Part shown: one piece after another, positions 55,434-64,000 of the stretch
Layout of the letters: each line of letters starts with the position of its first letter
Position numbering within the stretch: position 1 is the stretch's first letter
IMG/VR virus record: IMGVR_UViG_3300037400_001691
Coordinates: 1 to 64,000 of that record
Strand: one strand, 5' to 3'
DNA: 64,000 nt
DNA from: a virus
Taxonomy: Duplodnaviria > Heunggongvirae > Uroviricota > Caudoviricetes
Notes under the pieces: model-generated
Database searches by the model: none
What the model was told of the DNA's origin: nothing
The model's input: the letters and a program-made list of their open reading frames with translations, nothing else
Translations under genes and position numbers: made by a program

Positions 55434-55883
55434 ATGTACGAGGATTATAAAAAATACACAATTGATCATTATTGCCAAGATTATGAAGATATAATATCTA
55501 CAATTAACGGGTTTAGTGATGAAGAACTTGAAATGGTAGCAAATAATCTTCCTGAGAATTATGAATATTTAGAATATGCTATTAAAGAACAAGTAGAAGC
55601 AAGAATTATTCAAATATTATACGATAATCTTATAAAAGATTTATCTGATAAAAACTTCTATGAGTGTTTTGAAGGAGATATTATAGATTATCTTACAGGA
55701 GAAGGATTATCATATGAATCATGTGGATATTATATCAATTTAGATTATTATACAGATTGGTTTATTTCAATACTTAATAATTCTGATCACATATATGATT
55801 TTGAAGTTAATTCAGAATTAAATAAATACGAACTTGTAAACAGTTTAAATCAAGTATTTACAAATATTAAATTTTATATATAA
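55434..55883 (+). CDS. hypothetical acidic protein (149 aa)
   Basis: ORF. Confidence 0.5.
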   Translation: MYEDYKKYTIDHYCQDYEDIISTINGFSDEELEMVANNLPENYEYLEYAIKEQVEARIIQILYDNLIKDLSDKNFYECFEGDIIDYLTGEGLSYESCGYYINLDYYTDWFISILNNSDHIYDFEVNSELNKYELVNSLNQVFTNIKFYI

Positions 55884-56117
55884 TTATGGCATTTTTTACA
55901 ATAGAAAAGAATTAAGTTTTGCAGAGAGAATTGATAATGTACAGTCGATGTTTACTAATGCTTATAATAAGGCTCAATCTATTAAAGAAGACCTTGTTAA
56001 AGATAATGAAAACAAGCAAGTTCAAATCAATACTCTCAATTAAGAAATTGAAAAGAACGCAACTCTTATTACTAAAACTACAAGTTTTATGAATAAACTT
56101 AAAGACATTATTGGATA

Positions 56118-57092
56118 ATGAAAATTGTAAATCAATCATATGAAATTTTGGAACAAGAGATTCCAGTTCATAAATTAGACGATTATTCTGGTTATCATTT
56201 CAGAGAACAATATCTTGAAAATATGTATAAACATATCGAAAGATGTGGAAGAACTTGTTATAAATCTGAAGATAGAATAACTCCAGATAGTTCTAAAAAG
56301 TTTGTAGATGGACTTATTAAATCTAAACATTTAAGTGTTCTTGAACATGGAACTATTTATTTAGAATATATTTTTAATCCATCAAAAGAAGATGAAAAAG
56401 AATTTTTCAAAAGATATACACTTAATCCGTATTCTAAGCTTAAAAGTAAAGCTTTAGAATATGAAGATAAATCTGTAGAAGAACAAGTAATTGGAGAAAA
56501 AATAAAAATTATTAAAGCAGCTATGTACGTAACTACTAATTTTAGAGTATTAGTAGAGAATAATTGGCTTGATGATTTACAATATCTTTGTCAACCAACT
56601 GAATATCATGATATTCGTCATACTGTACTTCTTCATTCTTGTATTCATGTTTATAAGGATTTAACTCGTCATAGACCAATGAGTTTTTCTATTGAATCTA
56701 CAAGATATTGTAATTATCTTAAAGGAAAATTTGGAAGCGAACTTAAATTTGTACGACTTCCTTGGACAAAAATTATTCCAGGTGATTACGATAGTTCTAT
56801 ACTTCAAAAACTATATGACGATGATGTAATGTCTATTGAAGACATTAATTTTATCGCATCTCTTTGTAGTATTGAAGAAACTTATATGTATCTTATTAAA
56901 GAAAAGTGGGAGCCTCAACAAGCAGCTGAAATTCTTCCACAATGTCTTGCTGCTGATGTTATAATGTCTGGATTTGAATCTGATTGGAGACACGTATTCA
57001 ATCTTCGTTCAGATATTGCAGCAACAGGCAAACCACATCCTCTTGTAGAACAATTAATGACTCCATTAAGAAAAGAAATGTTACATGAATAA
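56118..57092 (+). CDS. thyX: flavin-dependent thymidylate synthase ThyX
   Basis: Carries the ThyX signature DLTRHRPMSFSIESTRY (RHRxxSxxxxSxRY). Confidence 0.75.
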   Translation: MKIVNQSYEILEQEIPVHKLDDYSGYHFREQYLENMYKHIERCGRTCYKSEDRITPDSSKKFVDGLIKSKHLSVLEHGTIYLEYIFNPSKEDEKEFFKRYTLNPYSKLKSKALEYEDKSVEEQVIGEKIKIIKAAMYVTTNFRVLVENNWLDDLQYLCQPTEYHDIRHTVLLHSCIHVYKDLTRHRPMSFSIESTRYCNYLKGKFGSELKFVRLPWTKIIPGDYDSSILQKLYDDDVMSIEDINFIASLCSIEETYMYLIKEKWEPQQAAEILPQCLAADVIMSGFESDWRHVFNLRSDIAATGKPHPLVEQLMTPLRKEMLHE

Positions 57093-57444
57093 AGTAATTA
57101 TTTTGCTAATAAGTTTGTTTATTAGTTTAAACACTTTTAGCCAGAATGTTACTGTTTATGAAAATGTAGATCCTAAAACTATTGTTTCTAATATATATCT
57201 TTTATATAGTAAAGAAAAGCCTGTCAAAGTAATTGAAAGTTACTTTGGCGGCTATGTATATTATTGGAATAATAGTATTTTAGGATTTATAAATGAACAG
57301 TTTGTAGTAATAACTGAAGAAAAATCTTCTTTAGATAGTATTGAAACTCTTTTAAATATATCAAATAAAAAACATGAACTTATGTATTTTGATACTGATA
57401 ATAATTCTTCTTATTGCGATGTTCTTTATTTGGATTATTGTTGA
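57085..57444 (+). CDS. secreted protein (119 aa)
   Basis: Signal peptide MNKVIILLISLFISLNTFSQ. Confidence 0.5.
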   Translation: MNKVIILLISLFISLNTFSQNVTVYENVDPKTIVSNIYLLYSKEKPVKVIESYFGGYVYYWNNSILGFINEQFVVITEEKSSLDSIETLLNISNKKHELMYFDTDNNSSYCDVLYLDYC

Positions 57445-57545
57445 TAATAAAATTAAAACTTATTATTTAGACGATGAACATGAAGGAAAAAGCGATAATA
57501 AATGGAGCGTAGACTCGGATTGAAAAATTTATAAAGCGAACGAAA

Positions 57546-57830
57546 TGTCTAATATTAATAATAAACCCTTATCGAAAGATGAAATACGTGAATATTTAAA
57601 AAAGAAATCATTCAATTTTTCACCTTCTGATAAGGGTAAATTCGTTATTGTGCAAAAGCCAAGAAAAAAAAAGGTCTTGTTACAAGATTATATTTAGTAA
57701 ATAGAAATATTACTAAAGATTTTTGGTGGAGTCATGATGCTCAATATGCAATGAAATTTAATTCAAAAGATGATGCTAAACAAACATTATCTAAACTTAA
57801 ATATAATAATCCCGAAATAATTAAAATAAA
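57546..57830 (+). pseudogene. small gene interrupted by frameshift in an A9 homopolymer (57664-57672)
   Basis: Translation MSNINNKPLSKDEIREYLKK...VQKPRKKK then continues in another frame as ...FWWSHDAQYAMKFNSKDDAKQTLSKLKYNNPEIIKIK. Confidence 0.35.
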
Positions 57831-58265
57831 ATGAAAGCATATACAGATTTAGAACAATCTAAAAAGTTGTCTGAAATATTATCACTTGATAGTGCAGATA
57901 TGGCAAGGTGTGGTGGTGAAAATGTTATAATGACAGATTATATATCAGCAAAAAAGAAGTTTAGTAATGCAGGTGAAATTCCGATTGATCCTTGTTGGAG
58001 TCTTGCTGCATTATTAAATCTTCTTCCAAGTGAATTTACACAAAAAGGTAAATATTCTACAACAACATATAAAATTGACATCCGTAAATATAAGTTTACT
58101 GATAATGTAGATTTGCATCAAATAGCCTATGGTAGTATAAAATTTGATGTAGATGGACAGTATTCATTTAAGGATATGATTAATACTGGCGAAAAAGAAA
58201 ATTTAGTTGATGCGTGTGTACAAATGATAATTAAACTTAAAGAATTAAATATATTATATGTTTAG
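57831..58265 (+). CDS. hypothetical protein (144 aa)
   Basis: ORF. Confidence 0.5.
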   Translation: MKAYTDLEQSKKLSEILSLDSADMARCGGENVIMTDYISAKKKFSNAGEIPIDPCWSLAALLNLLPSEFTQKGKYSTTTYKIDIRKYKFTDNVDLHQIAYGSIKFDVDGQYSFKDMINTGEKENLVDACVQMIIKLKELNILYV

Positions 58266-58659
58266 TAGTAATCAAAAATTAGAAATATCTGGTGAGTATG
58301 ACCAATTGAAATCAGCATTAGAATTTGCAATAAAACTTGATGGTACAGACTTTGATGAACTCTGTTATCAAACAACTGAAGATGGAAAATTCTGTATAGG
58401 TTGGTTTAGTGGTAATGTCTTAGCATTAGGTTGGAAAAGATTTCAATTTGATTTTGATATAGAGATAGTATCAAGAATAATTATTCAGTTTTTATCAAAA
58501 CAAAAGCAAAAAGATATGTCAGGATTTGATGGTGATACAGAGAATGGATTTGTTATGAGAGCAATCCCAGAAACATTTTCAAATCTTGATAATGGAATCC
58601 AAAATCCATTTTATGGTATTGTTAGTTTTAAACCTTTTATTTGTTTTTATTCAAAATAA
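58258..58659 (+). CDS. hypothetical protein (133 aa)
   Basis: ORF. Confidence 0.5.
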   Translation: MFSSNQKLEISGEYDQLKSALEFAIKLDGTDFDELCYQTTEDGKFCIGWFSGNVLALGWKRFQFDFDIEIVSRIIIQFLSKQKQKDMSGFDGDTENGFVMRAIPETFSNLDNGIQNPFYGIVSFKPFICFYSK

Positions 58660-59140
58660 TATAAGAGAAAATAAAGATTTACTGTTAAGGTATCTGTGTA
58701 TAGCATTGCCTTATGAGGTTAAGGGTAGAGTGTATGCTGAGATTACAAATGGACAGTATGATATGAATGGGGATATGATATTTTTCGATTCTCCATTTGA
58801 CGTTATACTTGATGGTATTAATGTGTCAACCGAAGAAATTCATGTGGTTGCTATTGGTAATGAAGATACTGTTGAGTTTATAGAAATACAACAAACAGAT
58901 GGTATCCCTTATACTATAAAGGATATTAAACCCTATCTCCGTCCAATGTCAAGCATGACTGAGGAAGAAGATAAGAAATATGGTCTTTTGTGTTTTGACG
59001 TATCTTATTATGACAAAGATACCCCAAAGTGCAGTTTTAAGTTGATAAAATGGTTACTTGAAAAGCATTTTGACTTTATGAGTTTAATTCTAATGGGTCT
59101 TGCAATTGAAGTCACTGAAGAAAACAATCTTTATAAATAA
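58586..59140 (+). CDS. hypothetical protein, paralog of 62052-62468
   Basis: Shares IKPYLRPMSSMTEEE...LIKWLLEKHFDFMSLILMGLAIEVTEENNLYK with IKPYLRPLLSMTKAE...LIWLVRNHFDCFNLINQGLTIGVTKNNNPYEK in the paralog. Confidence 0.5.
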   Translation: MIMESKIHFMVLLVLNLLFVFIQNNIRENKDLLLRYLCIALPYEVKGRVYAEITNGQYDMNGDMIFFDSPFDVILDGINVSTEEIHVVAIGNEDTVEFIEIQQTDGIPYTIKDIKPYLRPMSSMTEEEDKKYGLLCFDVSYYDKDTPKCSFKLIKWLLEKHFDFMSLILMGLAIEVTEENNLYK

Positions 59141-59273
59141 TATGTCAAAAAAGATTCAAAATAAAAAAGAAAATAAATCTCAACAAATTTATTTAGGTAA
59201 TGGTCTTGCAACTATACTTAAAGAGGTTAAACCTTTGTTTGAAACAAGAGCAGATTATACTTAGCCATGTCCT

Positions 59274-59462
59274 TTGAAAAATCTTGTAGATGATGACATT
59301 ACAGCAGTATATATGTATAATGATGAGCTGTATGCAATTACTTGTGATTTGTTCGACACACCATTTGCAGAACTTTCAAGTAATATAAGAAACCAAATAA
59401 GGGAAGAGGCTATAAAGTGGTTGAAAGAACAACCTCAAACTCAAGGTAAATTTAGAGAATAA
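59274..59462 (+). CDS. hypothetical protein (62 aa)
   Basis: ORF. Confidence 0.45.
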   Translation: MKNLVDDDITAVYMYNDELYAITCDLFDTPFAELSSNIRNQIREEAIKWLKEQPQTQGKFRE

Positions 59463-59466
59463 AATT

Positions 59467-59799
59467 ATGATTGATTTTGAAACTCTTGGATATAAAAATA
59501 TAACAGAAGATAAACCAATTCGTTTTTCAGAATATCTTGGTGAATTTTTTGAGAGTGTTTATCCTTATGATAAAAGATATTATAGAAAAGATGGATGTAT
59601 AGAAATAGAATTAAAAGTAGGAAATCATTATGATTTATATTTTATTTCTGGCATTTGTTATTATCCTAAAGGATGGCAAAAATTTGAAATTATTAATTCA
59701 GAAAAACATATTGTTGAATATCTTAATAAAACTCTTATTGCAGTAAAAGATATAATAACAGAAAATTTAGAACGTTATGGACTACGAAAAGAGATATAA
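59467..59799 (+). CDS. hypothetical protein (110 aa)
   Basis: ORF. Confidence 0.5.
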   Translation: MIDFETLGYKNITEDKPIRFSEYLGEFFESVYPYDKRYYRKDGCIEIELKVGNHYDLYFISGICYYPKGWQKFEIINSEKHIVEYLNKTLIAVKDIITENLERYGLRKEI

Positions 59800-60793
59800 T
59801 GAAGCTCTTGATAGAGCAAAGAAATTAAAGGAAACTTGTGATAGCACTGCTGTCATAGGTTGGTGTGAATATATTTTTTCTGAACTCAAAGAATCAGATG
59901 AGGAAATAAAAAAAGCACTTATCGCACTTGTAAAATGTAATGAAAGAAGTGGATATACATTACTTAATAATGTTTCTACAAGTTCTATGATTAATTGGGT
60001 CGAAAAACAAGGTAAAGAAACTATTTCTCAATCGTATCTTGCACCAAAATCAGCAAGCCAAGCAATTAAAGAAATAATAACTGATAATGCTAATAAAGTT
60101 GAACCGAAGTTCAAAGTTGGTGATTGGGTTGTTTTTAATGGTCTCACCCTTTATATAAATGAAGTTCTAAAAGGGTATTATAGAACAATATCTAAAAGCG
60201 GTATACCTAATAGCTATGATTGGAATATTGATAATACAGCAAGACTTTGGACAATTCAAGATGCAAAAGACGGTGATGTGCTTGCAGAAGATTCTTGTAT
60301 TTTTATTATTCAAAAGTTTGGTGGTATTAATGCAGCAGCGAAAACATATTGTACATTATTTAATGATGGTGAATTTAATGACGGTACAATATTATATTTT
60401 GATATAGATAGTACAAAACCTGCCACCAAAGAACAGCGTGACCTGTTATTCCAGAAAATGAAAGAAGCAGGCTATGAGTGGGATGCTGATAAGAAGGAGT
60501 TGAAGAAGATTGAGCAGAAACCTGTCAAGAAAACATCCTGTGATAGATGTAAGAATGTGCAGTCTTCTCATTCATGTCAAAACATAGCAGAATTAGGAAG
60601 ATGTTATCTTGAGCACGAAAAGCAAGGTGAACAGAAGCCTACTTGGAGTAAAGAGGATGAAAAGAAAAGAACATTATTAATGAAAATTCTTGAAGTTAAT
60701 CATCCTCACGGATTATTTAAAGTTAATTTATCAGAAACAATGCGAACAGAAGAACTTGTTTCTTGGCTTAAATCTCTTAATTATAAAATTTAA
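59777..60793 (+). CDS. hypothetical protein (338 aa)
   Basis: ORF. Confidence 0.55.
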   Translation: MDYEKRYNEALDRAKKLKETCDSTAVIGWCEYIFSELKESDEEIKKALIALVKCNERSGYTLLNNVSTSSMINWVEKQGKETISQSYLAPKSASQAIKEIITDNANKVEPKFKVGDWVVFNGLTLYINEVLKGYYRTISKSGIPNSYDWNIDNTARLWTIQDAKDGDVLAEDSCIFIIQKFGGINAAAKTYCTLFNDGEFNDGTILYFDIDSTKPATKEQRDLLFQKMKEAGYEWDADKKELKKIEQKPVKKTSCDRCKNVQSSHSCQNIAELGRCYLEHEKQGEQKPTWSKEDEKKRTLLMKILEVNHPHGLFKVNLSETMRTEELVSWLKSLNYKI

Positions 60794-60799
60794 ATAAAT

Positions 60800-61207
60800 A
60801 TGTGTTTAGTTAGATCAAATATACATTGTGGTCCTAAATATGCAACTGAAGATATAATTTGTTATAAAGTATTATGCAAAAATAATCAAAATGAATATTT
60901 TTCTCCTTATAAATTCTTTAAATATGAATTAAATAAACAGGTATCATCTAATTTTAGTTTTACAGTTTCTTCACCGGTAAGTTTTTCTCCACAAAAAGAG
61001 TATGATTCCCTTAAAATTTTTAGAAATTTTAATTGTATAAGACAAGGTTTACATTCATGTAAATATTTATCAGGTGCTCTTAATTATAGTTCTCGTTTTA
61101 TAGGAGCGTGTGTTATGAAATGTACGATTCCAAAAGGAAGTTGGTATTATGAAGGAACAAACTATGAATTAGTTTCTGATAATATAATAATAAATAGAGA
61201 AATATGA
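60800..61207 (+). CDS. hypothetical Cys-rich protein (135 aa)
   Basis: ORF. Confidence 0.5.
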   Translation: MCLVRSNIHCGPKYATEDIICYKVLCKNNQNEYFSPYKFFKYELNKQVSSNFSFTVSSPVSFSPQKEYDSLKIFRNFNCIRQGLHSCKYLSGALNYSSRFIGACVMKCTIPKGSWYYEGTNYELVSDNIIINREI

Positions 61208-61419
61208 GTGTTTTTAAATTTGATCTTGAAAATGTTAAAGAATATTTGTATAATGAATTAAATTTTTCAAATAATCGTCAATCTAAATACCATCCAAAAG
61301 AAAATATAAATAAAGCATCAGATGTTTTTAATATTCTTAATGATTATTATATGATTAATAAGGATGAAGATTTTTATTTAGATTTGATACAATATTTGAG
61401 AGATAATAAAAAGTTATAA
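61204..61419 (+). CDS. hypothetical protein (71 aa)
   Basis: ORF. Confidence 0.45.
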   Translation: MSVFKFDLENVKEYLYNELNFSNNRQSKYHPKENINKASDVFNILNDYYMINKDEDFYLDLIQYLRDNKKL

Positions 61420-62055
61420 ATGACTGATAATTTTAACTTATATAGAAAATTTATTACAGAAGTATACGGAGGATTACCAAATACAAACGAAAAAGGTAAT
61501 CTTGATAAATATTTTGTAATAGAATTAATGAGACGTGGAAAGGATAATCCCGATATGTCTGCTGCAAATTATCATTTCAGAAATTATTATATTTATTCTT
61601 GGAAAGATTTAGATAAGTATAAAGAAGAAATAAAGAATGTATGTACTTTACTTAGACTTCGTGCTTATTGTTCAGTTAATTATAAAATGATGTCTCAAGT
61701 AGCATTAGATGCGTTAGCTGAATCTGCTCGTAGAATTGCAGCTCGTGATTATAAGAAATTTTACAATATATTTGAAAGTTGTTCTGGAAAATATTCCGAT
61801 AAAGGAAATTCTGTATGGGTTGTAGATATTGATAAAGAAAATCTTGATTCGATTAATGTAATTAAACATTATATTAATGAAGTTAAGCCAAAGAATACAG
61901 AAAAAATTCTATTTGAAATGCCAACTAAATCAGGAATACACCTGATAACAAAAGGATTTGATTTAAAAACTTTTAACGATAATTGTAAAAATGAATTGGG
62001 ATATAAAATCGATGTAAAGAAAAATCATTTAACATTATTATACGAGAATTTATGA
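61420..62055 (+). CDS. hypothetical protein (211 aa)
   Basis: ORF. Confidence 0.55.
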   Translation: MTDNFNLYRKFITEVYGGLPNTNEKGNLDKYFVIELMRRGKDNPDMSAANYHFRNYYIYSWKDLDKYKEEIKNVCTLLRLRAYCSVNYKMMSQVALDALAESARRIAARDYKKFYNIFESCSGKYSDKGNSVWVVDIDKENLDSINVIKHYINEVKPKNTEKILFEMPTKSGIHLITKGFDLKTFNDNCKNELGYKIDVKKNHLTLLYENL

Positions 62056-62468
62056 ATGATTTATTAAATTATATTTGTATATCAGTTCCATTTGAATTGA
62101 TAGTACAATATGAAGGTGTTGATTATTATCTTGACGGTATGACTAGTTGGAATGAAGTACAATTAGCTACTATGGATTATACATCACTTAATTATACAGT
62201 TCCTTTAAATGATATTAAACCATATTTACGTCCATTATTAAGTATGACTAAAGCTGAAAATGATGATCTTTATGAATTTGGATGGCAAGCTTGTTGGACA
62301 AATGGTTCAGAAATTAGGCTTAATGAATTTGCCGGATTCAAAGAAACATATCGAAGTTTAATTTGGCTAGTTCGAAATCATTTTGATTGCTTTAATTTGA
62401 TTAATCAAGGTTTAACTATCGGAGTAACTAAAAATAATAATCCTTATGAAAAAGATAATTGTGAATAG
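62052..62468 (+). CDS. hypothetical protein, paralog of 58586-59140
   Basis: See the paired feature 58586-59140. Confidence 0.5.
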   Translation: MNDLLNYICISVPFELIVQYEGVDYYLDGMTSWNEVQLATMDYTSLNYTVPLNDIKPYLRPLLSMTKAENDDLYEFGWQACWTNGSEIRLNEFAGFKETYRSLIWLVRNHFDCFNLINQGLTIGVTKNNNPYEKDNCE

Positions 62469-62640
62469 TGCTTTATTTATTGTAGCACTAATTGGTGCAT
62501 TTTTTGCACTAATCTTATCTGGAATAATATTTATATTTACTTCTATAATTCCAGATAATGATGAATGGAAAATTGATGAAGAAGAAACTTGGTATATAAC
62601 TAGTAAGTTATTAGATTTTATAGAATCAGTTTTTAAATAG
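62446..62640 (+). CDS. small membrane protein (64 aa)
   Basis: Hydrophobic ORF. Confidence 0.45.
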   Translation: MKKIIVNSALFIVALIGAFFALILSGIIFIFTSIIPDNDEWKIDEEETWYITSKLLDFIESVFK

Positions 62641-62641
62641 T

Positions 62642-63187
62642 ATGTCAAAGAAACGTTTTAAATTGGTGGGTTTGTTACTTGGTAGTTTCGACCCACCACA
62701 TATTGGGCACATAGATGCCGCATTACAATCAATCAATCTCTTGGATGAAGTTTGATTTGTTCCAGCTTGGCAAAATCCATAGAAAGAAAAATCATCTGAT
62801 TATTGGGATCGTTATCTAATGTTAAATACATTAGTAAAGAATTATAATTTAGATGATTCTTATAGGTTTTCTGTTAGAAATATAGAATATACAGTAAAAC
62901 CTAAATATACGTATGAATTAATTGAATATCTTGTCAAACAATATTCGGATACTCAATTTTTTATTATTGGAGGGCAAGATATAGAACAAGATATTAAAAA
63001 TTGGAAAAATACTGATTACATTTTAGAAAAATGTATATTACTTCCAATTGATAGACATAGGATTAATATTTCTTCAACAGAAATACGTGAATTAATTAAA
63101 AATCATAGTAATCCTATTCCTTATATAACTCCAGCTGTTTTAGAACTTATTAAAAACAAAAATTTATATAATGAAAATAACGAATAA
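62642..63187 (+). pseudogene. nicotinate/nicotinamide-nucleotide adenylyltransferase (NadD/NMNAT family) with 1-nt frameshift plus in-frame TGA and TAG
   Basis: Frame A reads MSKKRFKLVGLLLGSFDPP. After a 1-nt shift it reads (H)IGHIDAALQSINLLDEV*FVPAWQNP*KEKSSDYWDRY... then ...NISSTEIRELIKN...LY. The TGA sits at the conserved Trp (B. subtilis LDEIWFMPNQIPPHK). Confidence 0.55.
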
Positions 63188-63656
63188 ATTTATTTACTTT
63201 TGGGGCGATTGGACTTCCAATTTCTATCCTTGTCATTTCGTAACAAAAGACAAAAAGACATTCTTTTGTACTGAACAGTATTTCATGTATATGAAAGCTA
63301 TTACTTTTGAGGATTATGAAATAGCAGAGAAAATTCTATTAGAAACAAAACCTTCTAATTGTAAGAAACTCGGAAGACAAGTAAGAAATTACGACGATAA
63401 AGTTTGGAACGAAAAACGCTATCAAGTTATGCTTGATGCAAATATGATGAAATTTTCTCAAAATCTTGATTTAAAAGACTTACTTTTGAATGATGATTTT
63501 GAAGGTAAACATTTTGTTGAAGCTTCACCTTATGACGCAATTTGGGGAATTAAATGTTCCGTAAGAGACGCTAAAGATGATAAATCTAATTGGAAAGGAT
63601 TAAATCTTTTAGGTAAAGTTTTAGATGAAGTAAGGTTAAATTTAAAAAATAAATAA
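63171..63656 (+). CDS. NADAR-domain protein (YbiA-like)
   Basis: The pattern FYFWGDWTSNFYPCHF...EQYFMYMKA...KKLGRQVRNYDDKVW...KFSQN..LKDLLL...EASPYDAIWGI matches the NADAR family. Confidence 0.6.
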   Translation: MKITNKFIYFWGDWTSNFYPCHFVTKDKKTFFCTEQYFMYMKAITFEDYEIAEKILLETKPSNCKKLGRQVRNYDDKVWNEKRYQVMLDANMMKFSQNLDLKDLLLNDDFEGKHFVEASPYDAIWGIKCSVRDAKDDKSNWKGLNLLGKVLDEVRLNLKNK

Positions 63657-63667
63657 TTACGAATTCA

Positions 63668-64000
63668 ATTCTTGATACAGATCTTTACAAATTTACAACT
63701 TCATATGCATATATGAAGAAATTTCCTGACGCTGAATGTACATTCACATTTAAGGATAGAAATAAAGTTAAACGTACACCTGAGTTTTTAAATAAGTTTA
63801 AGAAACATCTTAAAGAATATTGTGAAAATATTTGTTTAACTATCAATGAACTTAATTGGCTTTTAACTTCTCATAAGATTGACTTTATTGCTCAGTATTA
63901 TTGGGAGTGGTTATATTCATTCCGTTTTGAATATGACAAGATTAATGTATATCTTGATAAGGATGGTGTACTTTGTATGGAAGTAACTGATAAGTGTTAT
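63668..64000 (+). CDS. nicotinate/nicotinamide phosphoribosyltransferase-like, N-terminal part (continues beyond window; start codon unclear, no in-frame ATG)
   Basis: The N-terminal signature ILDTDLYKFT(T)SYAY is characteristic of PncB/NAMPT-type phosphoribosyltransferases. Confidence 0.45.
   Translation, partial: MLDTDLYKFTTSYAYMKKFPDAECTFTFKDRNKVKRTPEFLNKFKKHLKEYCENICLTINELNWLLTSHKIDFIAQYYWEWLYSFRFEYDKINVYLDKDGVLCMEVTDKCY

Noticed and set aside
62642-63187. TGA=Trp and TAG=sense recoding of the NMNAT gene
   Set aside because: The same gene also needs a 1-nt frameshift correction at about 62700, so it is treated as a pseudogene. It is still reported as weak supporting context in the stop-codon finding.

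Overview
AT-rich (~30% GC) 64-kb segment of a large lytic dsDNA phage. It has a T4-like replication and nucleotide-metabolism gene set and the phage's own sigma-70 factor. Recognised genes: RNA ligase 2 (rnlB), RNase H, anaerobic RNR nrdD/nrdG, dut, thyX, MazG, DnaB-family helicase, primase, ATP-dependent DNA ligase, a compact family-B DNA polymerase and an SF2 helicase. From about 2.5 to 14.7 kb lies a tRNA array. About 13 tRNA genes fold canonically (Gly, Phe, Trp, Ile, Glu, Lys, His, Val, Leu, Ala, Gln, two Tyr) and there is one Met-like tRNA. At least four further tRNAs pair class-II-like or otherwise atypical bodies with non-cognate anticodons. Embedded in the array are free-standing homing endonuclease genes and six inverted-repeat-flanked ncRNA elements that share an ACAGCAA motif. 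Four of them carry a permuted tRNA-like domain: T-arm, acceptor-like hairpin and D-arm, with the anticodon stem replaced by the terminal stem. This is the architecture of bacterial and phage Y RNAs (YrlA), and they lie downstream of a vWA/TROVE Ro60-like gene. At least six protein genes are interrupted by group I introns. These are a Sak4-like ATPase, the SF2 helicase, nrdD, dut, DNA ligase and the DNA polymerase. Five of the introns carry LAGLIDADG, GIY-YIG or HNH endonuclease ORFs. Several endonuclease genes carry in-frame TAG codons and one carries a TGA, but none carries TAA. The window ends with a NAD+ salvage cluster: an NMNAT pseudogene, NADAR and a NAPRTase-like gene. Everything was inferred by eye from the sequence and the ORF track. 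Coordinates of hand-folded RNAs and intron boundaries may be off by 1-2 nt.
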